Source: Eutreptiella sp. 'Long Island Sound 2002'
Taxonomy: Eukaryota > Protista > Euglenida
Assembly (NCBI GenBank): GCA_964036045.1
Contig: OZ038378.1
Coordinates: 193,564,001-193,628,000, forward strand
Direction of reading: 5' to 3'
DNA length: 64,000 nt
Shown: piece after piece, positions 24,690-37,612 of the stretch
Numbering within the stretch: position 1 is the first letter of the stretch
Layout of the letters: each line of letters begins with the position of its first letter
The notes under the pieces: generated by a model
What the model was told of the DNA's origin: nothing
Databases searched by the model: none
What the model saw: only the letters and a program-made list of their open reading frames with translations
Made by a program: the position numbers and the translations under genes

Positions 24690-27600
24690 TCACACATCAG
24701 GCGTCATATCAGGCTGAACTTTCCCAACTTTCAGAATGGATGCACTTCCAGGACGGGACCCAAGCTGGAAGCCCACACCACCGTGCTCAGATCGGTCAAG
24801 ACCCATGTCCTCCTCCTCTGCTTTCACACGAAGGAGGCCGGTGACTTTCAAGACCCCAAACACCAGGGCAGACATCAACCCAACCCACACCATAATTGCA
24901 AAAACACCCAGCAATTGCACTCCCAATTGCTCACCACCACCACCGTAAAACAGACCATAAACAGTGGGGTCAGACACCCCATAAGCGGAGATCAAATTCT
25001 CCTTGGTGCAAAACAGTCCCACCGCAATCACACCCCAAATTCCGCAAGCACCATGGACACCGGATGCACAGAGCACATCATCGATCTTCAGCTTCAGAAG
25101 CAAACGGGCATAACCATAAAAAACGACACCCCCAATTGCCCCAATTACTGCTGCCGCCCATGGTTCAACAACGGAGCAGGGTGCTGTTACAGAGACCAAT
25201 CCACCAAGAATACCATTCATCATGTAATTCACGTCAAAGTGGCCCATGAAGATACGGCTCATCAGCACAGTAGTGATACCACCACAACCAGCAGCCAAAG
25301 TAGTAGTCACACAGACCTGCACACAAGATCACAGTGCACACAACCAATATGTAAAACCACTGTGTGGTTTCTGCTGTATTCAGCAGCAACCTTGTGGAGT
25401 GATGCCATCACTAGACCCAGAAAGACTCAGCGACACGGTCGCAGCTGTTGTGTTGTTTACGTGCACAGTTGAGAAGACAGAAGCAGTGATAGCAAAATAA
25501 AGAATCATTGAGGTCCTCACAACCATGTCTCTGGAGGCAGAATCACGCATCACGGCGCCAAGCGAAAAATACACAAGCAGTGAATATGCAAACCACCAAA
25601 TTCTGCACCCTAAGCACCTCAGCATGACACCGGGAGTCAACAATTGCACCAAATGGCAGAAATGCATGCAAGCTAAACAAAAGCACTGATGTGTTGACAA
25701 AACACTGACATTCAAAAATCTCTGAGATGACCTCTGACAGAAAATGGACCAGGGACAAGGGAGGGTGACCTTGAGACACCAAAAACAGACCTCAGTGGGA
25801 AACAGACCTGACACTGTAAGCAAGCGCGATGACATGTGCCCACAGAATGCCCCACACACAATCGAAGCCCATGGCTCATGCACAAATGCATCGAGGCACA
25901 TGCAAGCATGCTGGGTATTGTGCACCACTGCCCAGTGCAACATACGTTCCCGGACCCTACACTGCCATGCAGCGGTTCTAGGCCGCCAACATGGTTTATT
26001 CTCCTCCACAAAATTTTCCATGTTCAATTGAACGTTAGAAAGGGAGGAGTGGGATGGGGGAGGGTCTGGATCTAATACTTCCCTGGAAGGGTGGGGGTTG
26101 AGACCTCATTAGATTGAGAGACTGGGATTACAAACACCAATGCAGAAAACTGCATTTTGAGGCAATGCACTCCAGTCTGACATGAATGCATCGTTCTTCT
26201 CCTCTCCCAAATCAGACCTGACTTAACCTCAAAGGTGGAGGAACGGCGGGAAGGGATCTTTTGCTGCTCTCCTGGTCCCGGACGACTACCAACACACGAC
26301 AGTATGTATCAGAAGGTGCACATCACATGAATCAGGTCTTGAGATGATTGGGGCTCCAGCGCAACAGGGGGGATCGGAGTGAAAGAGAATCACATGATCG
26401 GAAGCAATAGGCAAAATTCGTCATCAAACAAAAAAAACAACATCGCGGTTGCGAGGGGGGGGGGGGGGACTGCCCCATGGAACGCAGGATCTCTGTGTTT
26501 ATTTGATTGACCGTGCCCTGTCATGATAATGCGAAGGTGATGTAGTTTTTGCTCCTTGTGTGTCTGTGCGTGGCAGGATATGTGACATGTGCGCATGTGT
26601 GTATGCATGCATGCATGGATGAATACATACATATGGATGAAATTCGCCATGGGGCGCATATGCACGCACACCTTAGCGGCAATCAGAGATGCGTTTCCAC
26701 TCAACATCAGAGTAGAACCAGCGTTGAAGCCGTACCATCCCAACCACAAGATGAGGGTACCAGTGCACAACAACACTTGATTGTGGGGACGATAGCGAGT
26801 CTCACGGAATTCCTTTTCCTCCTCGCTCTCGCCTGCAGGTCCAAACCGCCCTCGCCGGGGTCCAATGATCAGAGCACCAACGAAGGCACCAACCCCTGTG
26901 CAGAACAGAATAATGAAGGGTCCAGTGGCATGCGACCTGAGAGTCTGAGTACCCTAAATGCACAGTGATGAGCACTGACAGGTGGCAAGCCGCAGTGCCG
27001 TGGTCACAGAACCCGTATTATCACACATGGTGAGGCAACCGACACACCTCCAGTCAAGTGCACTACTCCACTTCCAGCAAAATCGATCATTCCATTGGTT
27101 CCAACACGACCAAATGCTGAGGTGTCACAGAAGGCACTGAGCCAGCCAGCGCCGCTCCAGATCCAGTGCACCACCACAGGGTAAATGACAGCAGTCATAG
27201 CAATGGAGACAATAATGTATCCCCCAACAGCACAGCGCTCCGCAACAGCTCCAGAGATGATGGTTGCGGTGGTTGCTGCAAAAGCCCACTGGAAGAACCA
27301 TCCAGCAAAGGCGGTGTTGGGGAAGTGTCCGCTGGAGACGAGGAAAAACTCACCGCCGCCGATAAAGACGTTCCTGCGATGGGACAGGCACACAGCTCAT
27401 GTAAACAAGACCCAGTTGCCTTGATGCAGGTGCTCCACTTGTGGAAAGCAGACGGAACACTTTGAAAAATCTGTCGTCTCTGCTTGAAACCAAACTGTCA
27501 ACATCTATATGGAGCAGCACTACACCATGCTTCACAATTGTTGTTGCCGTCAGCAAGGCATTTCAAAGAGGGTGGGGGACACGTACCTTGGAAGCTTAGC

Positions 27601-28774
27601 CCCCCCAGCCCCCAGCCGCACCCAATGGGCGCGACCTGGGTGAAAACACACAAAATGGGATAAAACATGCTTCACATTGGATATTTCATCATTGTGGGTG
27701 GTCACAACATAAAAAAAATCAGCTCTTGTAAAAGTCTGAATTCTGAAAACTGCAAACTGAAAACTGTTGTGCGCCGGTCCCTTCAGAAGGACACCCCCTA
27801 CACCAACTGGCCAAATGGCGTGAAAACCATATCACAAACGTCTTAAACATGCTTTACATGGGATATTTGATGATTGTGGGTGGTCACAGCTTGGGAAATT
27901 CTATTGCCTTTGGCACTCACCTTGCAGAGAATTGCCCACACAACAGTCAAAATGCTCAGAATAAAGTTCTGTGGACATCAACCCCCACCACCACCACTGT
28001 TTGCGCTCCTGTAGAGCTGCAGGGCACTACACCGTTGTAGAGTGCTTGCTCTCCGCACTGAAGGTTATTGCCGTTGGGATCCTTAATGTGCTGGTACCAC
28101 TACCTGCCACCGATGGGAAAAAAAACAGAAACAGTGGGCCAACACAGCGGTAGGGGAGTGCAAAGACATAACAGCAATGGTGCGCCATGGTGCAGTGCGG
28201 GACCTGGCCCTGCTGCACTGTTTCTGGTTGAGCCTTTTTCTGAAATGCTTTGTATGGCGTTATTGTTGCCACTGAGAGCGTCCTCAATCAAATGCATGTC
28301 AGAGAGCTGCTGTACAAGCTCTGGTGAGCTTTTCTTTGGACTTTAGGTTGTGTCCGACCATCAACTGTTGGGTCCCTCCGCGCGCACGCGCGTGCACACA
28401 CACTCACGCAGAGTCCTTCCTCTGGCCATCAACCAGCGACGTCAGAAACCCACATACCTGCCACCGGAGACCGTGTCGCCACCGTAGGCAAGCGCCCAAC
28501 CAATAGCCCACCAAGACAAAGCGGCGCAGCAGGCATCCATGGAATTCTTGAAGACAATGTTGACAACGTTTTTCGCCCGGCAGGAACCACATTCCAGCAT
28601 TGTGAACCCAGTCTGCATGAAGAAAACCACGATGGCGCACAGCATCAACCAAAGTGTGTCCAAGTCAGCGTTGGTCATAGGGTTTCCCGCAGTCTTCAAG
28701 GTGTCAACCTCTTGCTGCAACGCGGTAACTTGGGCCGTTAATTCGGCCCACGCTCCAGCTGAGACAATAGCCAT
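24690..28774 (-). CDS. AMT: Ammonium transporter, copy C (exons 28458-28774, 27048-27373, 26672-26895, 24690-25316); insertion-free reference copy
   Basis: Same exon translations as copy B. Introns are 1084, 152 and 1355 nt, all GT-AG. Confidence 0.95.
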
Positions 28775-31700
28775 TATGTCGGTTGCGGCAGTCTGAAAAC
28801 AGAAAATGCACAACTTAAGCACTACCAGTGACGTGCTGGAAACATTGGGTTCTGCAGGGGTGGTGTGCAGGGCAGGGCCAGTGCAGTAGCTGTCCCAGGA
28901 GTCCAGTGTGCCTGCTGTGGGTGCAGGGGCAACGGAGTCATCCAAAAATGAGTCTGCACACTTGGCCTGACCTGATGGCACTCAACCAAAGATGGCTGTA
29001 CAATTTCCCTTGCCACTGCAAAAAACCAGATGCCCCCCCCCCCCCCCCAAATGAAGCATATCTGCACTGTCTCTTCCCATCCCTGCCCATCCTACAGAAT
29101 ACTGCTCTTCGATGCTTCTGGATTTGATGAGCTCTGCAACAAGGGTGTTTCTAGCCAGTGACCAGCCACTTTCTCATCTAACTTATCGCCAATTCATTTC
29201 TAGTGAGCCATTCCTTGCCTAGCAGGAATTGTACTTGGTGGAAAGATGCTACCAAATGGTGGTGTTGTTGAACCCAAGCTCCATTTCGGTGCGCCAAAGG
29301 ATCGCAACATCACCATCTAGGCGCGCCCAAGGATCGCAAAATCGCCCTGTTTGGCCCCGGATAAGAAGCCCAACGACAGGCCACTGAGGAGGGGTATGGA
29401 GATTTCTGGTAGGACATGTTCCATGTTGCTCTCCTGGCACCTCCCTATTGTGATCTTCATTTTGATCTGTGCTATACCATGTGTGAGACCCTTTCACATC
29501 TCTGACCCTGCAAATTCAGGCCACACCCCATTCCTTGACAAGACGTATGTCACGTGGTCCATGAAGACCCTGCCAGTGTAAACCACTTGGTTTCAAGCTG
29601 GATGGGGGCTTCAAGGGGCATCAAAAGACCTATGGCCCAAATCGTTTGCGCCTGCTTCAAACCATATGCTTGAAACAAAAAATCACTGTGAGTAGCAGCT
29701 GACAATAGGTTCCCCAACTCTTCCGTCAAACAAAGCATATTTTTTTGCAATTTGATATTTGTAAATTTGCTATGGCATTTGCAGTTTTTGTTGCTGTAGG
29801 ATTTCATCACTTGTATGCGTACATTGCAACAATCTTCGTTTCACCATGTGTGGTGATAGAAGCCGGTACGTTGGGCAAATCAGCCACCACCTTTCAATCC
29901 CAACTGGAGCATTTTTCCCGGCACAGGATTGTGTGGAGGACTGCGGAAAGCAGCAGAAGATGGCATATCTGAAACTGATGAGGTCATCATAATCAGAGTG
30001 AAGAGTCAAATTTGCTTTTGTTGAGGATCTCGAGTTTTCATGTGGATTTTGAACCTTTTCTTTGATGAATGTAGTTCTGTCATTATCAAGGTAGATTACC
30101 CACTGGGCTTGGAAATTGGTATGCATGGAAAGTGAGGCACAACACCAACACATGGCCAAGAAGACAATTTGTCAAAACAGTATGCCTTGGGTTCCATGCC
30201 TGGTGACAATGAAAACACTGTTCATTGATCCAAGTGCTTGGGATGGCCAAGCCTCCTGCAACCAAAAAAAAGGGCCAGTCAAAGCATTCCAAGCGGTGAG
30301 CATGTTCAGGGCTACCTTGCATGTTAGCCCCAGTTGCCGATCTTTGGTGGTCACCAAAATGACAGTCCGCCCAACCACCCCAACACACACAGAAGGGTAA
30401 CACTTGAAAATTGGGCATTTCTGCATTTCTGAGCCACCCGATGTTGGGCACTTGCACTGAAAAACGGTGATTTTGTGTCTTTCAAACAGCCGATACCCCC
30501 CCCCTCCCCCAACGGCATGGCTAGCAGCCTCAAAAAATATCCATTTGCATCCTGACATGTGTATCCAGCCGCAACACCCCTTATCCCTCCTCTCAAGGGT
30601 GGTACAAAATCCCCTGAGCACTTTTCTTTCCTATACGTTTGGTGCCCAATTGCTGCAATCAGGACAGCCCCCATTCCCCGGCAAATGAGTGCATTTGGCC
30701 CGTGGGATAGCTACCTAGGCTTTGTTTGCTTTGAGGTGCATGTGTATAATGCTTAGTTGTCAGGTAGTTTCTTCAGTTGACGCACCCTTATATAGAAAAC
30801 CCAGCTAAATAGTTTGACTTGAGTTTCTACATCTCAGTTTTCCTTGTTTCTCGACTCAGATTAGCTCTTTTTTCATTGGGGTAGGGTACACAAACAAGCC
30901 CCACCAGATGGTATGCTGTGTTTTCCCAATATACAAGGGCCTGCGTGGTTTTGATCTGACAACCTCTGTGGTTTTTGGTCCTCTACAAAGAGTGTCATTG
31001 GGGACAAAATCGTCCCCGAAAATGATGACTGTACAAAAGCCTAACCATCCAACATCACTCATTGGGGTACACTCCGCGCATACCCTACATGCCCCCGAAG
31101 GCAACAGTGACCACCTGCAAAATGATTTGTGTTGGCAGCACCAATTTCCAAACGTTTTGAGCAATATTCCTCTTCCAAACAAGCATGATTTTGCATGCAA
31201 AACCATTTAACATGCAACCCCGTAGCGTATAGTACGCAAAAAAATCCCCGAAAAACCCCCATATTCACTTCTTGTGCCTGCACTTGATCTAACAACGCCT
31301 TTTGAGGTGATTTTGTCCTGGAATGAATGCAACCGACCTCAGCAGAACAAGGCAGAACAAAAAGACACACAACAACCACTGGAAAAAAATTAAACCCTTC
31401 AATATTGTGCTCTAAAGGGCAGGAGATCTGGAAAGCAGAGCTCAAAGAGCAGGAAACCAACCAGCATCTACATACAATACATGGACTGGCTGCAAGGTGC
31501 AAAGAGTGGCTGCGCAAACACTCAAACCTTGGGCCAATAAAATTGCATTCCTGAGGCACAGAGCAGGAAATGATAATGGAAACTAGAAAAAATATATGAT
31601 ACCAATAGATTTGCACCCTCTATGTACAGCAGTAACATTCGCCAAAATGTCAAATACGCTTTGCATAATGCAACCATTTGAGACCTGCAAGTATTGAGGG

Positions 31701-32640
31701 ACACACTTCCTCATATACCACTTACAAATGCCAAACAGCAGCATTCTCTTGGCTTAAGAACACACTGTACATAACTGAATGTCAAAAAACATCATGGGCA
31801 CAGCAAATAGAAATGGGAAACAATGCAACAGATGCAGCAAAGGCACCGTGCACCCAACTGCGCCATCAGAGACATCATGGGCAAAGCAAATGGAAATGGG
31901 AAACAACAAAGCGACAGGTGCAGCCAGGTATCTTGCACCTGACTGTGCCATCAGAGTCCTATATAAAGACTCGCTTGAATCCACAGTGCAAACTGTGAAA
32001 ACAAAATACTGGGCTGAATGTGGGTGCATTTGCACACACAACACTGAACGAGCGGTGCTACGGCAATTCTCCAACTTCCAAACTTGGCAAAGAATTCTTA
32101 AGCACCATGATAGCACCACCCCACCCATCCAGGCATCACCAGAGAGATGTCAACAAAATGTCGCCCCAAAGGAGAAGGCACAAAGTGTGCAGTGAAGCCC
32201 TGGCAAATACCATCTGCACAGGCGGACGCTAGGCTCAGAACTTCCTGGCAGTTCACGAAACCTTGCTTACACACTGAATGCTTCAATCAAAGCATGCCTA
32301 ATGTACAACAACATTCCAACAAAGGGACACAGGTTGGTTGCATAGATCAGCACTTCGTGCCGAGAAACGCTGGACCACCAGCTTGTTTTTTGAATTTGTG
32401 CGCACGTGCTATTAAATAAATCAGCTGCAAAGACAGAGGAATGCTGGACTACAGACTCTGTTCCTGAGTTTGCGCGCGCATACTTAGCTGTGCCCCATTT
32501 GTGCACACAGGCGTGCGGGAACCAGCAGAGGGCAATCACATACAAATGAAACTGGAAACAATGAGGTTAGAGCGCTTCGAGGAGTGCAACTGTGTGGGTG
32601 ACCACTGCGGCTGTAACTTGCCACCGTTGGGCACCGTTAC

Positions 32641-35600
32641 TCACACATCAGGCGTCATATCAGGCTGAACTTTCCCAACTTTCAGAATGGATGCACTTCC
32701 AGGACGGGACCCAAGCTGGAAGCCCACACCACCGTGCTCAGATCGGTCAAGACCCATGTCCTCCTCCTCTGCTTTCACACGAAGGAGGCCGGTGACTTTC
32801 AAGACCCCAAACACCAGGGCAGACATCAACCCAACCCACACCATAATTGCAAAAACACCCAGCAATTGCACTCCCAATTGCTCACCACCACCACCGTAAA
32901 ACAGACCATAAACAGTGGGGTCAGACACCCCATAAGCGGAGATCAAATTCTCCTTGGTGCAAAACAGTCCCACCGCAATCACACCCCAAATTCCGCAAGC
33001 ACCATGGACACCGGATGCACAGAGCACATCATCGATCTTCAGCTTCAGAAGCAAACGGGCATAACCATAAAAAACGACACCCCCAATTGCCCCAATTACT
33101 GCTGCCGCCCATGGTTCAACAACGGAGCAGGGTGCTGTTACAGAGACCAATCCACCAAGAATACCATTCATCATGTAATTCACGTCAAAGTGGCCCATGA
33201 AGATACGGCTCATCAGCACAGTAGTGATACCACCACAACCAGCAGCCAAAGTAGTAGTCACACAGACCTGCACACAAGATCACAGTGCACACAACCAATA
33301 TCTCTCGGGGACATTCATAACCTGCCAACTTTCTGGGTTTTGGCACTTTTCGGCACTTTCTACAACTTTTGCTTTTGTGTGCAAACATGTCGTCACCTGG
33401 GGGGGGGGTATGTGTATACTTTTTGAAATGTGCAAGAAAACGCCGTTTCAGAAATGTATGGGTTTGGGGGGGAGGGCTTGACATTTTTCAGGGCAGCACA
33501 ACACATAGGACGGTGCACACAAACACGGCACTGCACCGTTTATCCATTTTTATTCAGAATCACTGTCACTGTCAGCATTGCTTTTTTCAGGCAGGGCGGT
33601 GACCCCATTAGGGCAGACATCCCCCTGTTTGTGGACAGGGACATATTTCTTCAATTTTTGCCAATCCTGCAACCTCCGTGCTTTCACTGGCACCCAACCC
33701 TCGTTAAGGGGCATGGCCCACAGGCCATCGGTTGTGAGTTTCACGTTTCGTTGTTGGATCAACCCCACCTTGCGCCAGGGAATCGCCTCACTGTATCCTG
33801 ATTTCAGCCATACATAACCAGGATGTCGAGCCACCCGCACCCACTGTGCACCCCCAGAGCGAGCCCTTTTGCGCGCCAAAAGCTTTTGTGGTGCGTCCGG
33901 GGAAGCAACAGCCCGTGGTGTAAATTTGTATGAGGACATGGCAGCTGCCTGTTAACAAAAAGAGGCAGCAAGCAACACATGCACCGTCCGAAACGGACGA
34001 AAATCTCAGACATGTCGTCAGTCCAGCAAGCAGACCTGGGGTGTTCCAAATAGCCCTTTTCAAGGGCTTTCCGGATATGCCCCACATACCCCTACCTCCG
34101 GAACACTCAGTTGGCAAAAATGAGGCAACAAGGTCGCCAACCCGCGAAAACCCAGAAAGTTGGCAGGAACAGCGTCGTCCCCGAGAGATATGTAAAACCA
34201 CTGTGTGGTTTCTGCTGTATTTAGCAGCAACCTTGTGGAGTGATGCCATCACTAGACCCAGAAAGACTCAGCGACACGGTCGCAGCTGTTGTGTTGTTTA
34301 CGTGCACAGTTGAGAAGACAGAAGCAGTGATAGCAAAATAAAGAATCATTGAGGTCCTCACAACCATGTCTCTGGAGGCAGAATCACGCATCACGGCGCC
34401 AAGCGAAAAATACACAAGCAGTGAATATGCAAACCACCAAATTCTGCACCCTAAGCACCTCAGCATGACACCGGGAGTCAACAATTGCACCAAATGGCAG
34501 AAATGCATGCAAGCTAAACAAAAGCACTGATGTGTTGACAAAACACTGACATTCAAAAATCTCTGAGATGACCTCTGACAGAAAATGGACCAGGGACAAG
34601 GGAGGGTGACCTTGAGACACCAAAAACAGACCTCAGTGGGAAACAGACCTGACACTGTAAGCAAGCGCGATGACATGTGCCCACAGAATGCCCCACACAC
34701 AATCGAAGCCCATGGCTCATGCACAAATGCATCGAGGCACATGCAAGCATGCTGGGTATTGTGCACCACTGCCCAGTGCAACATACGTTCCCGGACCCTA
34801 CACTGCCATGCAGCGGTTCTAGGCCGCCAACATGGTTTATTCTCCTCCACAAAATTTTCCATGTTCAATTGAACGTTAGAAAGGGAGGAGTGGGATGGGG
34901 GAGGGTCTGGATCTAATACTTCCCTGGAAGGGTGGGGGTTGAGACCTCATTAGATTGAGAGACTGGGATTACAAACACCAATGCAGAAAACTGCATTTTG
35001 AGGCAATGCACTCCAGTCTGACATGAATGCATCGTTCTTCTCCTCTCCCAAATCAGACCTGACTTAACCTCAAAGGTGGAGGAACGGCGGGAAGGGATCT
35101 TTTGCTGCTCTCCTGGTCCCGGACGACTACCAACACACGACAGTATGTATCAGAAGGTGCACATCACATGAATCAGGTCTTGAGATGATTGGGGCTCCAG
35201 CGCAACAGGGGGGATCGGAGTGAAAGAGAATCACATGATCGGAAGCAATAGGCAAAATTCGTCATCAAACAAAAAAACAACATCGCGGTTGCGAGGGGGG
35301 GGGGGGACTGCCCCATGGAACGCAGGATCTCTGTGTTTATTTGATTGACCGTGCCCTGTCATGATAATGCGAAGGTGATGTAGTTTTTGCTCCTTGTGCG
35401 TCTGTGCGTGGCAGGATATGTGACATGTGCGCATGTGTGTATGCATGCATGCATGGATGAATACATACATATGGATGAAATTCGCCATGGGGCGCATATG
35501 CACGCACACCTTAGCGGCAATCAGAGATGCGTTTCCACTCAACATCAGAGTAGAACCAGCGTTGAAGCCGTACCATCCCAACCACAAGATGAGGGTACCA

Positions 35601-37612
35601 GTGCACAACAACACTTGATTGTGGGGACGATAGCGAGTCTCACGGAATTCCTTTTCCTCCTCGCTCTCGCCTGCAGGTCCAAACCGCCCTCGCCGGGGTC
35701 CAATGATCAGAGCACCAACGAAGGCACCAACCCCTGTGCAGAACAGAATAATGAAGGGTCCAGTGGCATGCGACCTGAGAGTCTGAGTACCCTAAATGCA
35801 CAGTGATGAGCACTGACAGGTGGCAAGCCGCAGTGCCGTGGTCACAGAACCCGTATTATCACACATGGTGAGGCAACCGACACACCTCCAGTCAAGTGCA
35901 CTACTCCACTTCCAGCAAAATCGATCATTCCATTGGTTCCAACACGACCAAATGCTGAGGTGTCACAGAAGGCACTGAGCCAGCCAGCGCCGCTCCAGAT
36001 CCAGTGCACCACCACAGGGTAAATGACAGCAGTCATAGCAATGGAGACAATAATGTATCCCCCAACAGCACAGCGCTCCGCAACAGCTCCAGAGATGATG
36101 GTTGCGGTGGTTGCTGCAAAAGCCCACTGGAAGAACCATCCAGCAAAGGCGGTGTTGGGGAAGTGTCCGCTGGAGACGAGGAAAAACTCACCGCCGCCGA
36201 TAAAGACGTTCCTGCGATGGGACAGGCACACAGCTCATGTAAACAAGACCCAGTTGCCTTGATGCAGGTGCTCCACTTGTGGAAAGCAGACGGAACACTT
36301 TGAAAAATCTATCGTCTCTGCTTGAAACCAAACTGTCAACATCTATATGGAGCAGCACTACACCATGCTTCACAATTGTTGTTGCCGTCAGCAAGGCATT
36401 TCAAAGAGGGTGGGGGACACGTACCTTGGAAGCTTAGCCCCCCCAGCCCCCAGCCGCACCCAATGGGCGCGACCTGGGTGAAAACACACAAAATGGGATA
36501 AAACATGCTTCACATTGGATATTTCATCATTGTGGGTGGTCACAACATAAAAAAAATCAGCTCTTGTAAAAGTCTGAATTCTGAAAACTGCAAACTGAAA
36601 ACTGTTGTGCGCCGGTCCCTTCAGACAGACACCCCCTACACCAACTGGCCAAATGGCGTGAAAACCATATCACAAACGTCTTAAACATGCTTTACATGGG
36701 ATATTTGATGATTGTGGGTGGTCACAGCTTGGGAAATTCTATTGCCTTTGGCACTCACCTTGCAGAGAATTGCCCACACAACAGTCAAAATGCTCAGAAT
36801 AAAGTTCTGTGGACATCAACCCCCACCACCACCACTGTTTGCGCTCCTGTAGAGCTGCAGGGCACTACACCGTTGTAGAGTGCTTGCTCTCCGCACTGAA
36901 GGTTATTGCCGTTGGGATCCTTAATGTGCTGGTACCACTACCTGCCACCGATGGGAAAAAAAACAGAAACAGTGGGCCAACACAGCGGTAGGGGAGTGCA
37001 AAGACATAACAGCAATGGTGCGCCATGGTGCAGTGCGGGACCTGGCCCTGCTGCACTGTTTCTGGTTGAGCCTTTTTCTGAAATGCTTTGTATGGCGTCA
37101 TTGTTGCCACTGAGAGCGTCCTCAATCAAATGCATGTCAGAGAGCTGCTGTACAAGCTCTGGTGAGCTTTTCTTTGGACTTTAGGTTGTGTCCGACCATC
37201 AACTGTTGGGTCCCTCCGCGCGCACGCGCGTGCACACACACTCACGCAGAGTCCTTCCTCTGGCCATCAACCAGCGACGTCAGAAACCCACATACCTGCC
37301 ACCGGAGACCGTGTCGCCACCGTAGGCAAGCGCCCAACCAATAGCCCACCAAGACAAAGCGGCGCAGCAGGCATCCATGGAATTCTTGAAGACAATGTTG
37401 ACAACGTTTTTCGCCCGGCAGGAACCACATTCCAGCATTGTGAACCCAGTCTGCATGAAGAAAACCACGATGGCGCACAGCATCAACCAAAGTGTGTCCA
37501 AGTCAGCGTTGGTCATAGGGTTTCCCGCAGTCTTCAAGGTGTCAACCTCTTGCTGCAACGCGGTAACTTGGGCCGTTAATTCGGCCCACGCTCCAGCTGA
37601 GACAATAGCCAT
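32641..37612 (-). CDS. AMT: Ammonium transporter, copy D (exons 37296-37612, 35886-36211, 35510-35733, 32641-33267)
   Basis: Same exon translations as copies B and C. Intron 3 is enlarged to 2242 nt by a TIR element. Confidence 0.94.
33302..34187 (-). mobile_element. Non-autonomous TIR DNA transposon (886 bp with ATAT TSD, or 888 bp with TA TSD) in AMT-D intron 3
   Basis: The empty site ccaATATgtaaa is present in copies B and C. Ends are CTCTCGGGGAC...GTCCCCGAGAG, with a second matching block CCTGCCAACTTTCTGGGTTTT at both ends. Confidence 0.93.
33550..33939 (-). CDS. 129-aa ORF carried inside the TIR element, possibly a deleted-transposase remnant
   Basis: ATG is preceded by ctctttttgttaacAG|gcagctgcc. 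No internal stops. The basic/acidic C-terminus [17 protein letters not shown]...DSDSDSE resembles transposase tails (recalled similarity, unverified). Confidence 0.5.
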   Translation of the reverse strand: MSSYKFTPRAVASPDAPQKLLARKRARSGGAQWVRVARHPGYVWLKSGYSEAIPWRKVGLIQQRNVKLTTDGLWAMPLNEGWVPVKARRLQDWQKLKKYVPVHKQGDVCPNGVTALPEKSNADSDSDSE

